Positions 47,960 through 56,685 of a stretch of 64,000 nucleotides of DNA are shown here, piece by piece. This DNA comes from an uncultured Lachnospiraceae bacterium (GTDB taxonomy: Bacteria; Bacillota; Clostridia; Lachnospirales; Lachnospiraceae), in assembly GCA_947626985.1 (NCBI GenBank), contig CANQUG010000009.1:1141-65140 (forward strand), given 5' to 3'. Position 1 is the first letter of the stretch, and each line of letters opens with the position of its first letter. The position numbers and the translations under genes are program-made. The notes under the pieces are model-generated. The model did not search any database, had not been told where the DNA came from, and worked only from the letters and a program-made list of their open reading frames with translations.

Positions 47960-48003
47960 ATCTCCTTAACGATTACTAAAAATACAGTTAAGGAGATTTT
48001 TTT
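47960..48003 (+). terminator. terminator-like hairpin that sequesters the RBS of the MFS gene (attenuator candidate)
   Basis: ATCTCCTTAAC / GTTAAGGAGAT 11-bp stem, then a T7 run ending 1 nt before ATG 48004. The AAGGAGA RBS lies in the 3' arm. Confidence 0.6.
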
Positions 48004-49095
48004 ATGTTTCAGATTGAAGAACAGATCAAAAAATTATATTTGTCCTCGATGTTGGGAAATTTGTCCCTCACAGGCGCATGGGTGGCGCTGCTCGCTGCCC
48101 GCGGTTACAGTTTAGTGGAGATTGGAATCGTTGAAACCGTGTTCCACATTACAAGTCTGGTGTTTGAGCTTCCCTCCGGCGTGCTGGCCGATGTGTTCGG
48201 CAGAAAGAAAATGCTGATTGTGAGCAGTCTGATACGGATGATCGGAAACGTGATCATGATCGGCTCCCGGAATCTGTCCATGGTGTGTGCGTCCATCGCA
48301 TTTCAGGCGCTGAGTTATAATTTCGCATCAGGATCAGGCGACGCGCTGGCCTATGATTCGCTGAAACTGGCCGGAAAGGAACGGTATTTTGAAAAGTATG
48401 CTTCCAACCAGCTGATCCTTTACAGACTTTGCGGCGGGGCATCCACACTTTGCGCGGGACTGGCCCTGCTCATCGGGCACAGGCTGGCATATGGCACGGA
48501 TGTTTTGTTGTCTGTACTCCAGATCCGGGTACTTGCATCTCTCTGTGAGGCAGGGGGTCAGGCAGACGGAGACAGAACGGGTGGTGTTCTGCGGAATCTT
48601 CTGGACTGTTTTTGCAGGAGCTTTGCCTTCCTGAAAGATGCACGCCGCGCCATCGGCCTGATGTTCTGCAATTCGTTTGTAGGTGCGGCGGATATTTTAT
48701 TGCTGTTTTTTCTGCAGGCGAAGCTGCCTATGGCGTCAATGCCGAATTGGGCGCTGGGAGCGGCGTTGCTGTTCATGGAGCTGGGCGGTATTCTGGGTTC
48801 CAGACTGATTCTGAAATGTGGAAGACTGCGTTACCGCCGGGTGTTTTTGTACATGGCGCTTCTGGTGTTTACGGGAGTGTGCCTGGAACACACTGGACTG
48901 TATCTGGTTATGACAGCAGGAGGTTTCCTGGCTGCTCTTGGAGATGACGCGCTTCAGGTGCGCACAGACACGATGCTGCAGGATATGTTTCCGTCTGAGC
49001 AGCGGGCGACTTTAATATCGGTGCAGTCGTTTACATTTTCTGTGGTTATGGTTGTCCTGTCTCCGCTTGCGGGTGTTTGGTTTTCGCGGTGGTGA
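48004..49095 (+). CDS. MFS transporter
   Basis: 363 aa, multi-TM. The loop ELPSGVLADVFGRKKM is typical of the MFS 2-3 loop. Confidence 0.8.
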   Translation: MFQIEEQIKKLYLSSMLGNLSLTGAWVALLAARGYSLVEIGIVETVFHITSLVFELPSGVLADVFGRKKMLIVSSLIRMIGNVIMIGSRNLSMVCASIAFQALSYNFASGSGDALAYDSLKLAGKERYFEKYASNQLILYRLCGGASTLCAGLALLIGHRLAYGTDVLLSVLQIRVLASLCEAGGQADGDRTGGVLRNLLDCFCRSFAFLKDARRAIGLMFCNSFVGAADILLLFFLQAKLPMASMPNWALGAALLFMELGGILGSRLILKCGRLRYRRVFLYMALLVFTGVCLEHTGLYLVMTAGGFLAALGDDALQVRTDTMLQDMFPSEQRATLISVQSFTFSVVMVVLSPLAGVWFSRW

Positions 49096-49361
49096 GCAAT
49101 CATCATAATGAGTACGGCGGCGCCAAACACGGCGTAGGCACTGTGAATTACAAGACATACTTTCATTGCGGTATTCCTGACTTTGCCGATGACGTAAGCA
49201 ACGATTGAAAATATGCCGGAAAAGATCATAAACGCTGCATAGCACGGAACCATAATATGCGCATAGTCCAAAGCCCACTGTGTATAAATTCGCAGCGGCA
49301 GGATTGACCATGGAACCAACACCATAATGATGCTGACTGCTGTGAAAATCTTCTTTTTCAT
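48954..49361 (-). CDS. small membrane protein (3 predicted TM), distal gene of the immunity ABC operon
   Basis: It starts 7 nt downstream of the permease gene. The hydrophobic first ~95 aa are followed by a non-hydrophobic tail that overlaps the convergent MFS gene. Confidence 0.5.
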   Translation of the reverse strand: MKKKIFTAVSIIMVLVPWSILPLRIYTQWALDYAHIMVPCYAAFMIFSGIFSIVAYVIGKVRNTAMKVCLVIHSAYAVFGAAVLIMMIAHHRENQTPASGDRTTITTENVNDCTDIKVARCSDGNISCSIVSVRT

Positions 49362-49367
49362 AGCAGG

Positions 49368-50138
49368 TTACCTCCTTTCAGCCTGCCCGAAACAGAAGCA
49401 GGAAATCAGTAAACAGACTACAGTAATCAGAGCGGCAGTGGGAAGCCACGGGACAAGCCTGACCTGCGCCGTCTCAATGTTGGCCGCCAGTTTTCCATAC
49501 TCTGAGGTTATCACAAAGAACGGATAAGCCATCGGATACGCAAACCATACTTTTGTGTTTATCACCAGAACGGACGGTACGATTGACGCAAGGCCGAATC
49601 CGACAGAGAAAACCGGCGTCTGAATACATACGGCCAGAAGCTGGAAAAACGCCAGCATTGGGATGGAGGACGCCCACATCCTGCCGATCTCTCTGAAAAC
49701 AAACAGCGGCGGCAGAAAGAAATTATAGTTTTGCGCATGGGAAACAATCACAATGCTGATGTAATACATTCCGATCGACATCAGGTATTGAATGACTGAA
49801 AATACTGCCAGCACGACAAATTTTGCCATGCAGAGTTTCGCTGTGCTGACAGGGAGGACCAGCATTTTGAGAATGCCGTGACTGCTTCGTTCCGTCTGAG
49901 TTTGTAAAACGGTTATCACCACCATGGAGGCGGGATACAGGAACCACGCCATAGCCATAAATCCCTGGATAAAGAAACTGTTTTCCGGGGATATGCCCTC
50001 CGCCTGCATACCGAAATTCAGGCCGGCATTCAGGATAGACGGTATCCAGAGAATCACCGCGGCAAGAAGCAGGATCAAAAAGATTTTTGAACGGCGTATC
50101 TTTTTCCATTCGACGCCCACAAGAGATAAAAAGCTCAT
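49368..50138 (-). CDS. lantibiotic-immunity-type ABC-2 permease (MutG/SpaG-like)
   Basis: 256 aa with 6 TM. N-terminus MSFLSLVGVEWKKIRRSKIF. A 4-nt overlap with the upstream permease gene. Confidence 0.75.
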   Translation of the reverse strand: MSFLSLVGVEWKKIRRSKIFLILLLAAVILWIPSILNAGLNFGMQAEGISPENSFFIQGFMAMAWFLYPASMVVITVLQTQTERSSHGILKMLVLPVSTAKLCMAKFVVLAVFSVIQYLMSIGMYYISIVIVSHAQNYNFFLPPLFVFREIGRMWASSIPMLAFFQLLAVCIQTPVFSVGFGLASIVPSVLVINTKVWFAYPMAYPFFVITSEYGKLAANIETAQVRLVPWLPTAALITVVCLLISCFCFGQAERR

Positions 50139-50857
50139 TCAAACCACCTCCTGACTTTCAGAATGAGAACCTCCAGCAAAGAGATCAGGACTGTTTCGGC
50201 CGCGCAGGCAATCGCGTAATTCCGAATCACGTTATCAGACAGATTCCCTGACATCTGGAACGGGAGCGCAAACGGGAACAGTGTCAGCACAAAATTCTGG
50301 GCAGGGATCATGGTGGCTGCAAATACACATACAACACCAATCCCTAATGAGATCCACATATTCCTGCACAGCGATGCGGTCAAAAGAGATAACAGAACAG
50401 CCGGAAGCATGAACAGGAGAAAGAACCAGAAGTTTTTCAGCAGCTCCATATATAACTCTGCGGACTGCCCGAACCAGTATACAGAGCAGCCGAAAACAGA
50501 AACGGACTCCATAACCAGAAGCAGAATGCTTACCGTTATCAGCACGGCAGTTTTGCCGAAAAACATTGTACTTTCCCTGTCCGGCAGCGTACATATTTTT
50601 TGAATGGCATTGTCTGCATATTCGATGTGATACATGATGCAGGCGCCCACGACGATCAGCAGGATATTCAGCATGGACATCATCTGCCAGTTTGCGCCGA
50701 GCAGAATGCTGACGGGTGAAGCGTTCATGCGGGTATACATCTCTGAACGGAAAGCCATGTTCAAAACGGGAACCAACGCAGCGAAAATGCCGCCGCCCAA
50801 AAAAGCAGGCAGAAGCCCCGTCCTTTTGACTTTCTTATATTCCAGGGCAAAACTCAT
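50135..50857 (-). CDS. lantibiotic-immunity-type ABC-2 permease (MutE/EpiE/SpaE-like)
   Basis: 240 aa with 6 TM. N-terminus MSFALEYKKVKRTGLLPAFLGG. A 4-nt overlap with the ATPase gene. Confidence 0.75.
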   Translation of the reverse strand: MSFALEYKKVKRTGLLPAFLGGGIFAALVPVLNMAFRSEMYTRMNASPVSILLGANWQMMSMLNILLIVVGACIMYHIEYADNAIQKICTLPDRESTMFFGKTAVLITVSILLLVMESVSVFGCSVYWFGQSAELYMELLKNFWFFLLFMLPAVLLSLLTASLCRNMWISLGIGVVCVFAATMIPAQNFVLTLFPFALPFQMSGNLSDNVIRNYAIACAAETVLISLLEVLILKVRRWFE

Positions 50858-51609
50858 CGCACACCGCCTTTCTGCCGGTTGTCGGCGTCGATCAGCGCAA
50901 GGAATGTCTCTTCCAGATTGTCCGTCGGATATCCCTGGGAAACTGCGTTGAATCTCAAAGTGTCGAAAGTTCCCTCGAAGAGCAGCCGCCCGTGATTGAG
51001 AATGCCGATGCTGTCCGCCATCAGTTCAATTTCGGAAAGCAGATGGGAGGAGACCAGCACCGTACAGTCAAACTGCCGGGGCAGAGAACGGATCAGCGTC
51101 CTGATCTCATGAATGCCGACGGGGTCAAGTCCGTTGGTGGGCTCGTCAAGGATCAGGATAGGCGGCCTGCCGATCAGAGCGCCTGCAAGACCTAACCGCT
51201 GTTTCATGCCCAGGGAATATTTTTTGGCAAGCCGTTTTCTGTATGGGGTCAGGCCGGCAATTTCCAGGGCTTCTGACACGGACGATTTCGGAAGGCCTAA
51301 AATTTTGCGAATAATATCCAGATTTTCTTCGCCGGTCAGATTGCCGTAAAAGGCAGGCGCTTCGATAAATGAGCCCACTTCCTTCAGAATCTCAACCCGG
51401 TCCCGGGGATATGTTTTGCCGTCGATAACAAATGAGCCGCCAGTTGGCTTTGTGAGTCCGAGAAACATTTTCATTGTGGTGGATTTACCTGCTCCGTTCG
51501 GGCCGAGAAACCCGTAGACGGTGCCTTTGGGAATATGAAGATTGATTCCGGAAACCGCCGTGAAGCCGCCGTAGGATTTTGTCAGGTTTTGAGTTTCAAT
51601 GATATTCAT
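50854..51609 (-). CDS. ABC transporter ATP-binding protein (lantibiotic protection, SpaF/MutF-like)
   Basis: Walker A GPNGAGKST, signature YSLGMKQR, Walker B ILILDEP. Confidence 0.88.
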   Translation of the reverse strand: MNIIETQNLTKSYGGFTAVSGINLHIPKGTVYGFLGPNGAGKSTTMKMFLGLTKPTGGSFVIDGKTYPRDRVEILKEVGSFIEAPAFYGNLTGEENLDIIRKILGLPKSSVSEALEIAGLTPYRKRLAKKYSLGMKQRLGLAGALIGRPPILILDEPTNGLDPVGIHEIRTLIRSLPRQFDCTVLVSSHLLSEIELMADSIGILNHGRLLFEGTFDTLRFNAVSQGYPTDNLEETFLALIDADNRQKGGVR

Positions 51610-51791
51610 ATGGATCTGCTCCTTTCGTTTGCTGTGGTCATTTTACATGTCCGGTCTTACAGCAGCATTCCCGCTTCCTTACATTTACCTTACTTTTCGC
51701 CGTACAATAGAAAAAGTCATATTTCCATGTTACAATAAAAGAAAAAGGGAATAGAAGAAAAAAGAATAGAAGAAAAGGGAAAGGTATCCTT

Positions 51792-52496
51792 ATGGGTTTT
51801 GAATATTTGAAGGACAAACATATATTGCTCGTGGATGACGAGCAGGAGCTTCTGGATATGGTGGTATCTATTTTAAAGAGCGACGGTTATCATAACATAT
51901 CGACCGCGAAGAGTGCGGCCGAAGCGCTTTCTCTGGCCGGGAAAACAGAACCGGAATTAGCTGTTCTCGATGTGATGCTTCCGGACGGAAACGGTTTTGA
52001 CCTGATGAGCCGGCTGAAAGAAAAAGGCGATTATCCTGTGCTCTTTTTAACGGCCCGCGGTGAAGATGATGATAAATTCAGAGGCTTTGGCCTGGGAGCG
52101 GACGATTATGTGGTCAAACCGTTTCTTCCGAAAGAGCTGTTGTTTCGTGTGGCGGCGATTCTCCGCAGAACCTACAAAGAGGAAAATCCGGTGGTAAAGC
52201 TGCGCGGCAGCGAAATAGATTTTGCACGCGCCGAGGTGGTCAAAAACGGCGAACATATTCTCCTGACGGCGAAAGAATATGCTCTGCTTGCCGCCCTTTA
52301 CCGCAGCGCCGGAAAGATTGTCACAATCGACGCTCTCTGTGAAGCTGCCTGGGGCGATAATCCCTTCGGCTATGAAAACTCCCTTATGGCTCATATACGC
52401 CGAATCCGTGAAAAAATCGAAATAAATCCTTCACAGCCGGTATCTCTGGTTACGATCAGGGGCCTGGGATACAAGCTGATCTTGGAGGGAAAATAA
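51792..52496 (+). CDS. OmpR-family response regulator
   Basis: Receiver domain VDDE...LDVMLPDGNG and a winged-helix C-terminus ...TIRGLGYKL. Confidence 0.9.
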   Translation: MGFEYLKDKHILLVDDEQELLDMVVSILKSDGYHNISTAKSAAEALSLAGKTEPELAVLDVMLPDGNGFDLMSRLKEKGDYPVLFLTARGEDDDKFRGFGLGADDYVVKPFLPKELLFRVAAILRRTYKEENPVVKLRGSEIDFARAEVVKNGEHILLTAKEYALLAALYRSAGKIVTIDALCEAAWGDNPFGYENSLMAHIRRIREKIEINPSQPVSLVTIRGLGYKLILEGK

Positions 52497-52497
52497 C

Positions 52498-53886
52498 ATG
52501 AAAAGCGTTCCAAAACTGATTCGGCGATTTGTGGGCATTTTATTATTAAGCTCTGTCCTGCTGATCACTTTGAATGCTGCGCTGCTCGTTTTTATCTTTT
52601 CCGGATATCGGGCAAACGGCAGCCCGTGGAAAACGGCAGAAGAAACCGCAACGGCGCTGCAGGCTGCGGAGGATGGATATGTTCTGTCCGAAACGGCCGG
52701 TGTTCAGCTCCGTTCACAGGGAGCCTGGGCGATTTTGATTGATAATGATACTCTGAAGGTTGTGTGGCACTCGGATAATTTGCCCGACGTCGTCCCTATG
52801 GAGTACACGGTGTCCGATATTGCGGATTTTACTCGCGGATATATAAGCGGTTACCCGACCTTTCCGGCCGGAACAGATAACGGCCTTGTGGTAGTGGGCT
52901 ATCCTCAGGAAAGCTTCTGGAAGCATATGTGGCCCAGCTGGGATTACGGGCTGATTGCTCATGCGCCGCGGATTATGCTTTGGGTGGCGGCCGTCAATCT
53001 GGCGGTCATTTTCGCGATCTATGTGACTGTAAATACAAAAGTGTGGAAGTCCGTCAGGCCGATCACAAACGGCATACAGGCTTTATCGACAGGCGATGCC
53101 GTTCATGTCAAAGAAAAGGGGTTGCTGTCCGAGGTTGCTTTTCATATCAACAGAACCTCGGCGGTTTTGCAGTATCAAAACAATCAGTTAAGAAAAAAGG
53201 AAACCGCGAGAGCAAACTGGATAGCCGGTGTGTCCCATGACATCAGGACGCCGCTGTCCATGGTGATGGGCTATGCGGATCAGCTCCAAAGGTCAGAACA
53301 TCTTACGGAGGATGACTGCAAAAAGGCGGCGGTGATCGTAAAGCAAAGTGAGCGAATGAGGAATTTAATCAATGATCTGAACCTTGCCTCCAAACTGGAA
53401 TATAATATGCAGCCAATTTCTGTGAAGCAGGAGAACACAGTCGCTATTGTCAGACAGGTGGCAGTAGATTTCATCAATACAGATATAGACGGCAAATATC
53501 CGATTGAATGGCTGACCGGGGAAACGCTTTCCGTCTGCATGGTAAGTGCAGATCGTGACCTGCTGAAACGGGCGGTTTCGAATCTTATACAGAACTGTAT
53601 CAATCATAACGAAAACGGCTGCACAATTTATGTTTCCGTGGCAGCAGAAAAAAAAGAGTGCGTGATTCGTGTTGAGGATAATGGGATCGGCGCGTCTGAC
53701 GAACAGATTGATAAACTTAATACGGCTCCGCATTATATGGTCTGCGATACGAATACCACTGAGCAGCGCCATGGTCTGGGGCTTCTCATCGTGAAGCAGA
53801 TCGCGGCTGCCCATAATGGCAGAACGGTCATTGAGCACAGCCGGTTCGGCGGGTTTGCTGTAGAAATCGTACTGCCTTTCGAATAA
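52498..53886 (+). CDS. sensor histidine kinase
   Basis: Two TM segments, H-box AGVSHDIRTPL, N-box NLIQNCINHN and G-box DNGIG...GLGL. Confidence 0.88.
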   Translation: MKSVPKLIRRFVGILLLSSVLLITLNAALLVFIFSGYRANGSPWKTAEETATALQAAEDGYVLSETAGVQLRSQGAWAILIDNDTLKVVWHSDNLPDVVPMEYTVSDIADFTRGYISGYPTFPAGTDNGLVVVGYPQESFWKHMWPSWDYGLIAHAPRIMLWVAAVNLAVIFAIYVTVNTKVWKSVRPITNGIQALSTGDAVHVKEKGLLSEVAFHINRTSAVLQYQNNQLRKKETARANWIAGVSHDIRTPLSMVMGYADQLQRSEHLTEDDCKKAAVIVKQSERMRNLINDLNLASKLEYNMQPISVKQENTVAIVRQVAVDFINTDIDGKYPIEWLTGETLSVCMVSADRDLLKRAVSNLIQNCINHNENGCTIYVSVAAEKKECVIRVEDNGIGASDEQIDKLNTAPHYMVCDTNTTEQRHGLGLLIVKQIAAAHNGRTVIEHSRFGGFAVEIVLPFE

Positions 53887-54207
53887 AAATCCTTACGAAT
53901 ATCAAAGGAATTAGTGGTTTCTGTTCAATCTGACGCCTGGGGGTTAACTTAATGGAATGTACAGATTGTTCTGCTTTTGCGCAGGGAGAAAAGGGATAAA
54001 TTTTTCGGCCCTTTTCGGGTTTGCATCCTGCATGAACTGTATATCTGTCACAATGATTTTTGGCAGATCGTGGCGTCAGATATTGCAAAAAACGTTGGAA
54101 AAAAATTCCGCCGCTGACTGGTTTCGACAAATTTCATAAGGAAAATACGGTATAATGATTGCATAATTCTGATCAGATGAAGTATAATGAAGGAGGAACA
54201 GGAAATT

Positions 54208-55230
54208 ATGCAGAATACTGTCGTACCCAACCGGAAATACAAGGACGGATTGTTTGCTTATATTTTTCATGAGAAAAATGCGCTTCTCTCTCTGTATAAC
54301 GCCATCAACGGAAGCAGTTACACAGACCCCGATGAACTGGAGATTTACACGATGGAAGGCTTTATCTATATGGGGAGGAAAAACGATCTGTCCTTTCTGA
54401 TTGATTCGCATCTGGCCGTGTTCGAACACCAGAGCAGCTACAATCCCAATATGCCGCTCAGAGGTTACATATATATGGCGGATGCTCTGAAGAAATACAT
54501 TGCGCTGAACCATCTGGACATTTATTCCAGCAGGCTGCTGGAACTTCCTACGCCCCGGTATTATGTTTTTTACAACGGTCTCCGCCAGGCGGAGGATGAA
54601 ATCATTTTGTGTCTGACAGACAGCATGAGGGGTGAAGATGCGGCGGAAAGATCCTGTGCGCAGTTTAAAGCTCATATGATCAATATCAATCAGGGACACA
54701 GTCCGGCGCTCATGGAGAAGTGCCCGCTTTTATATGAGTATTCTTATTTCGTGGCGTCGGTAAGGAAATATATGAAGGAGGAAGTTTCCCGGATGGAAGC
54801 GGTAGACCGGGCGGTGAAGGAATGCATCGGGAAAGGTATACTGGCGGATATTTTGCGTGCTCACAGAGCGGAGGTGACGGAAATGCTGCTGCAGGAATAT
54901 GATGAGGAGTTTCATATCTCGTGTGAGAAGAAGATCAGTTTTGAGGATGGAGTGAGACAGGAGAAAGCGCGGACGGATGAAGCGCGCCGGGAAGCAGAGG
55001 AAGCGCGTCAGGAAGCGGATAAAGCGCGCCAGGAAGCGGATAAAGCGCGCCGCGAAGCAGAGGAAGCGCGCCGGGAAGCGGATAAAGCCCGTTATGAAAC
55101 GCACCAGAAAATAGAAATCCTTGCTCAGAAACTTCGTGGAAGTTCGGAGGAGGAAATTGCTGCTGCTCTCCATTTGCCGGCAGAAACAGTGAGGGAATGC
55201 ATAGAGAGTGCATTAGGGGATAAAACCTGA
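54208..55230 (+). CDS. Rpn-like PD-(D/E)XK nuclease / putative transposase family protein with a C-terminal charged heptad-repeat tail
   Basis: N-terminus KYKDGLFAYIF...DLSFLIDSHLAVFEHQSSYNPNMPLR (D...E-x-Q core). ATG 54208 after GAAGGAGGA. The ORF-track ATG at 54187 overlaps that RBS. Confidence 0.72.
   Translation: MQNTVVPNRKYKDGLFAYIFHEKNALLSLYNAINGSSYTDPDELEIYTMEGFIYMGRKNDLSFLIDSHLAVFEHQSSYNPNMPLRGYIYMADALKKYIALNHLDIYSSRLLELPTPRYYVFYNGLRQAEDEIILCLTDSMRGEDAAERSCAQFKAHMININQGHSPALMEKCPLLYEYSYFVASVRKYMKEEVSRMEAVDRAVKECIGKGILADILRAHRAEVTEMLLQEYDEEFHISCEKKISFEDGVRQEKARTDEARREAEEARQEADKARQEADKARREAEEARREADKARYETHQKIEILAQKLRGSSEEEIAAALHLPAETVRECIESALGDKT
54979..55104 (+). repeat. in-frame 21-bp (heptad) tandem repeat, 5 good units plus 1 degenerate
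   Basis: Units begin at 54979, 55000, 55021, 55042, 55063 and 55084. They encode EARREAE/EARQEAD/KARQEAD/KARREAE/EARREAD/KARYETH. Confidence 0.85.
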
Positions 55231-55272
55231 AAAGTTTTACAATGAAAGAAACTGATACTGGGGAGACTGGAA

Positions 55273-55878
55273 ATGGAACATAAAGGTACAGAGGAACTGC
55301 AGACAGAGCGCCTTATTTTGCGTCCGTGGCGGGAAAGCGACGCAGAGGAAGCCTTTGCCAACTGGATGAACGACCCGGACGTGACCAAATATATGACATG
55401 GACGCCTCACGGCGATATTTCTGTTACCCGTGCTCTTTTAAAAGCGCGCGAGGAGGAGTGCAGGCGTCCGGACTGCTATCATTGGGCGATTGTATTGAAA
55501 AATGAAAACATTCTCATTGGCGATATTGAGGCGGGAATCGTTGACGAGTATCAGGAGACGGGCGGGCTCGGCTACTGCATGGGCAAAGCATGGTGGGGAA
55601 AAGGACTTATGACCGAAGCTCTCACTGAGGTTTTGCGTTACTGCTTTGAGGAAGTCGGATTCTATCGCATAAACGGCAGCCATATGGCGGAAAACGTCGG
55701 ATCGTCGCGCGTCATGGAGAAATGCGGTTTAAAGTATGAGGGGACTCGCAGAAAAGCATATCGGCTGCTTCTGACGGGCGAACGGGCAGACATTGTTGAA
55801 CGCGGCATATTGAAGGAAGATTATTTTAAGAGCAAAGAGCGGTGCGCAGACCGTCCGTCGGGAAATACCGCTCTGTGA
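55273..55878 (+). CDS. GNAT-family N-acetyltransferase (RimJ/RimL-like)
   Basis: LQTERLILRPW N-terminus and the GYCMGKAWWGKGLMTEAL acetyl-CoA loop. Confidence 0.85.
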   Translation: MEHKGTEELQTERLILRPWRESDAEEAFANWMNDPDVTKYMTWTPHGDISVTRALLKAREEECRRPDCYHWAIVLKNENILIGDIEAGIVDEYQETGGLGYCMGKAWWGKGLMTEALTEVLRYCFEEVGFYRINGSHMAENVGSSRVMEKCGLKYEGTRRKAYRLLLTGERADIVERGILKEDYFKSKERCADRPSGNTAL

Positions 55879-55983
55879 AATTGTATTTGAAAACGATGTC
55901 ATTTGCCGGCCAGCGTTATTTCGGTAATTGGGTGAATAAAGAGAAAGAGATGTTTGAACGGTTGGAAAGATAAATTTCTGCTG

Positions 55984-56034
55984 AAAAAAATCGCTGCGCT
56001 GCAGCCCCGACAGGCTATCGCACAGCGATTTTTT
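55984..56034. terminator. bidirectional-shape terminator
   Basis: AATCGCTG / CAGCGATT stem flanked by A7 and T6 runs. Confidence 0.65.
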
Positions 56035-56072
56035 CAATCGGAATCTATCTAAGAATATTCAGGAGGTTTACT

Positions 56073-56438
56073 ATGGAATTTATAATGTCAGACCAAATCA
56101 AGGAATTATCAAATCCCGGAGTTGTATCAAGACAGTTGCTGAATCCTGATAATTCCAAAAGCACCAGAGTTACGATAACAGAAGTACATCTGGAAGTCGG
56201 GGCAAGTCAGCCAAGACATATCCATGAAACTTCTGAGCAGATTTGGTATGCTGTTCAGGGATCTGGCAAATTACTTCTTGAAAATGATACGGTTATGCCT
56301 TTCCTTTCAGGCGATGTTGTCCGCTTTGCAGACAATGATGTACACGGACTATTGAATGACGGCGAAATTGAATTTATCTATATTTCAATAACTTCACCCC
56401 CGATTCATTTTGGATATGCATACCACAAAGGAAATTAG
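56073..56438 (+). CDS. cupin-domain protein
   Basis: 121 aa. PRHIHETSEQIWY...GDVVRFADNDVHG is a cupin His-motif pattern. AGGAGG 6 nt upstream. Confidence 0.75.
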   Translation: MEFIMSDQIKELSNPGVVSRQLLNPDNSKSTRVTITEVHLEVGASQPRHIHETSEQIWYAVQGSGKLLLENDTVMPFLSGDVVRFADNDVHGLLNDGEIEFIYISITSPPIHFGYAYHKGN

Positions 56439-56444
56439 AAGGAA

Positions 56445-56669
56445 TTGGAGCGGCAGACGGAGGCCTCCTCGATCGTTATGGAGAGGACCGCGGCTGCGGG
56501 GGAAAAGTTGAAATCGGCAGGGGATAAGATTTCTGCAGTCACTAAGAAATTCCTCCCGGTTACGGGGGTTGTCGCCGGGTTTGGCGCAGGGAACTGTTTG
56601 GTGACGAACGGTTCTTTTTTTGTGGAACCGCGGAAGGGAAAGATTGCCGCGAAAACGGCAGAGTTTTGA
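56445..56669 (+). pseudogene. possible fragment of a phage tail tape-measure-like gene (TTG-initiated 74-codon ORF)
   Basis: ...AAGEKLKSAGDKISAVTKKFLPVTGVVAGFGAG resembles the N-terminal region of tape-measure proteins. There is no RBS, and it overlaps the next gene's RBS. Confidence 0.25.
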
Positions 56670-56685
56670 TATTGGAGGATATTTA

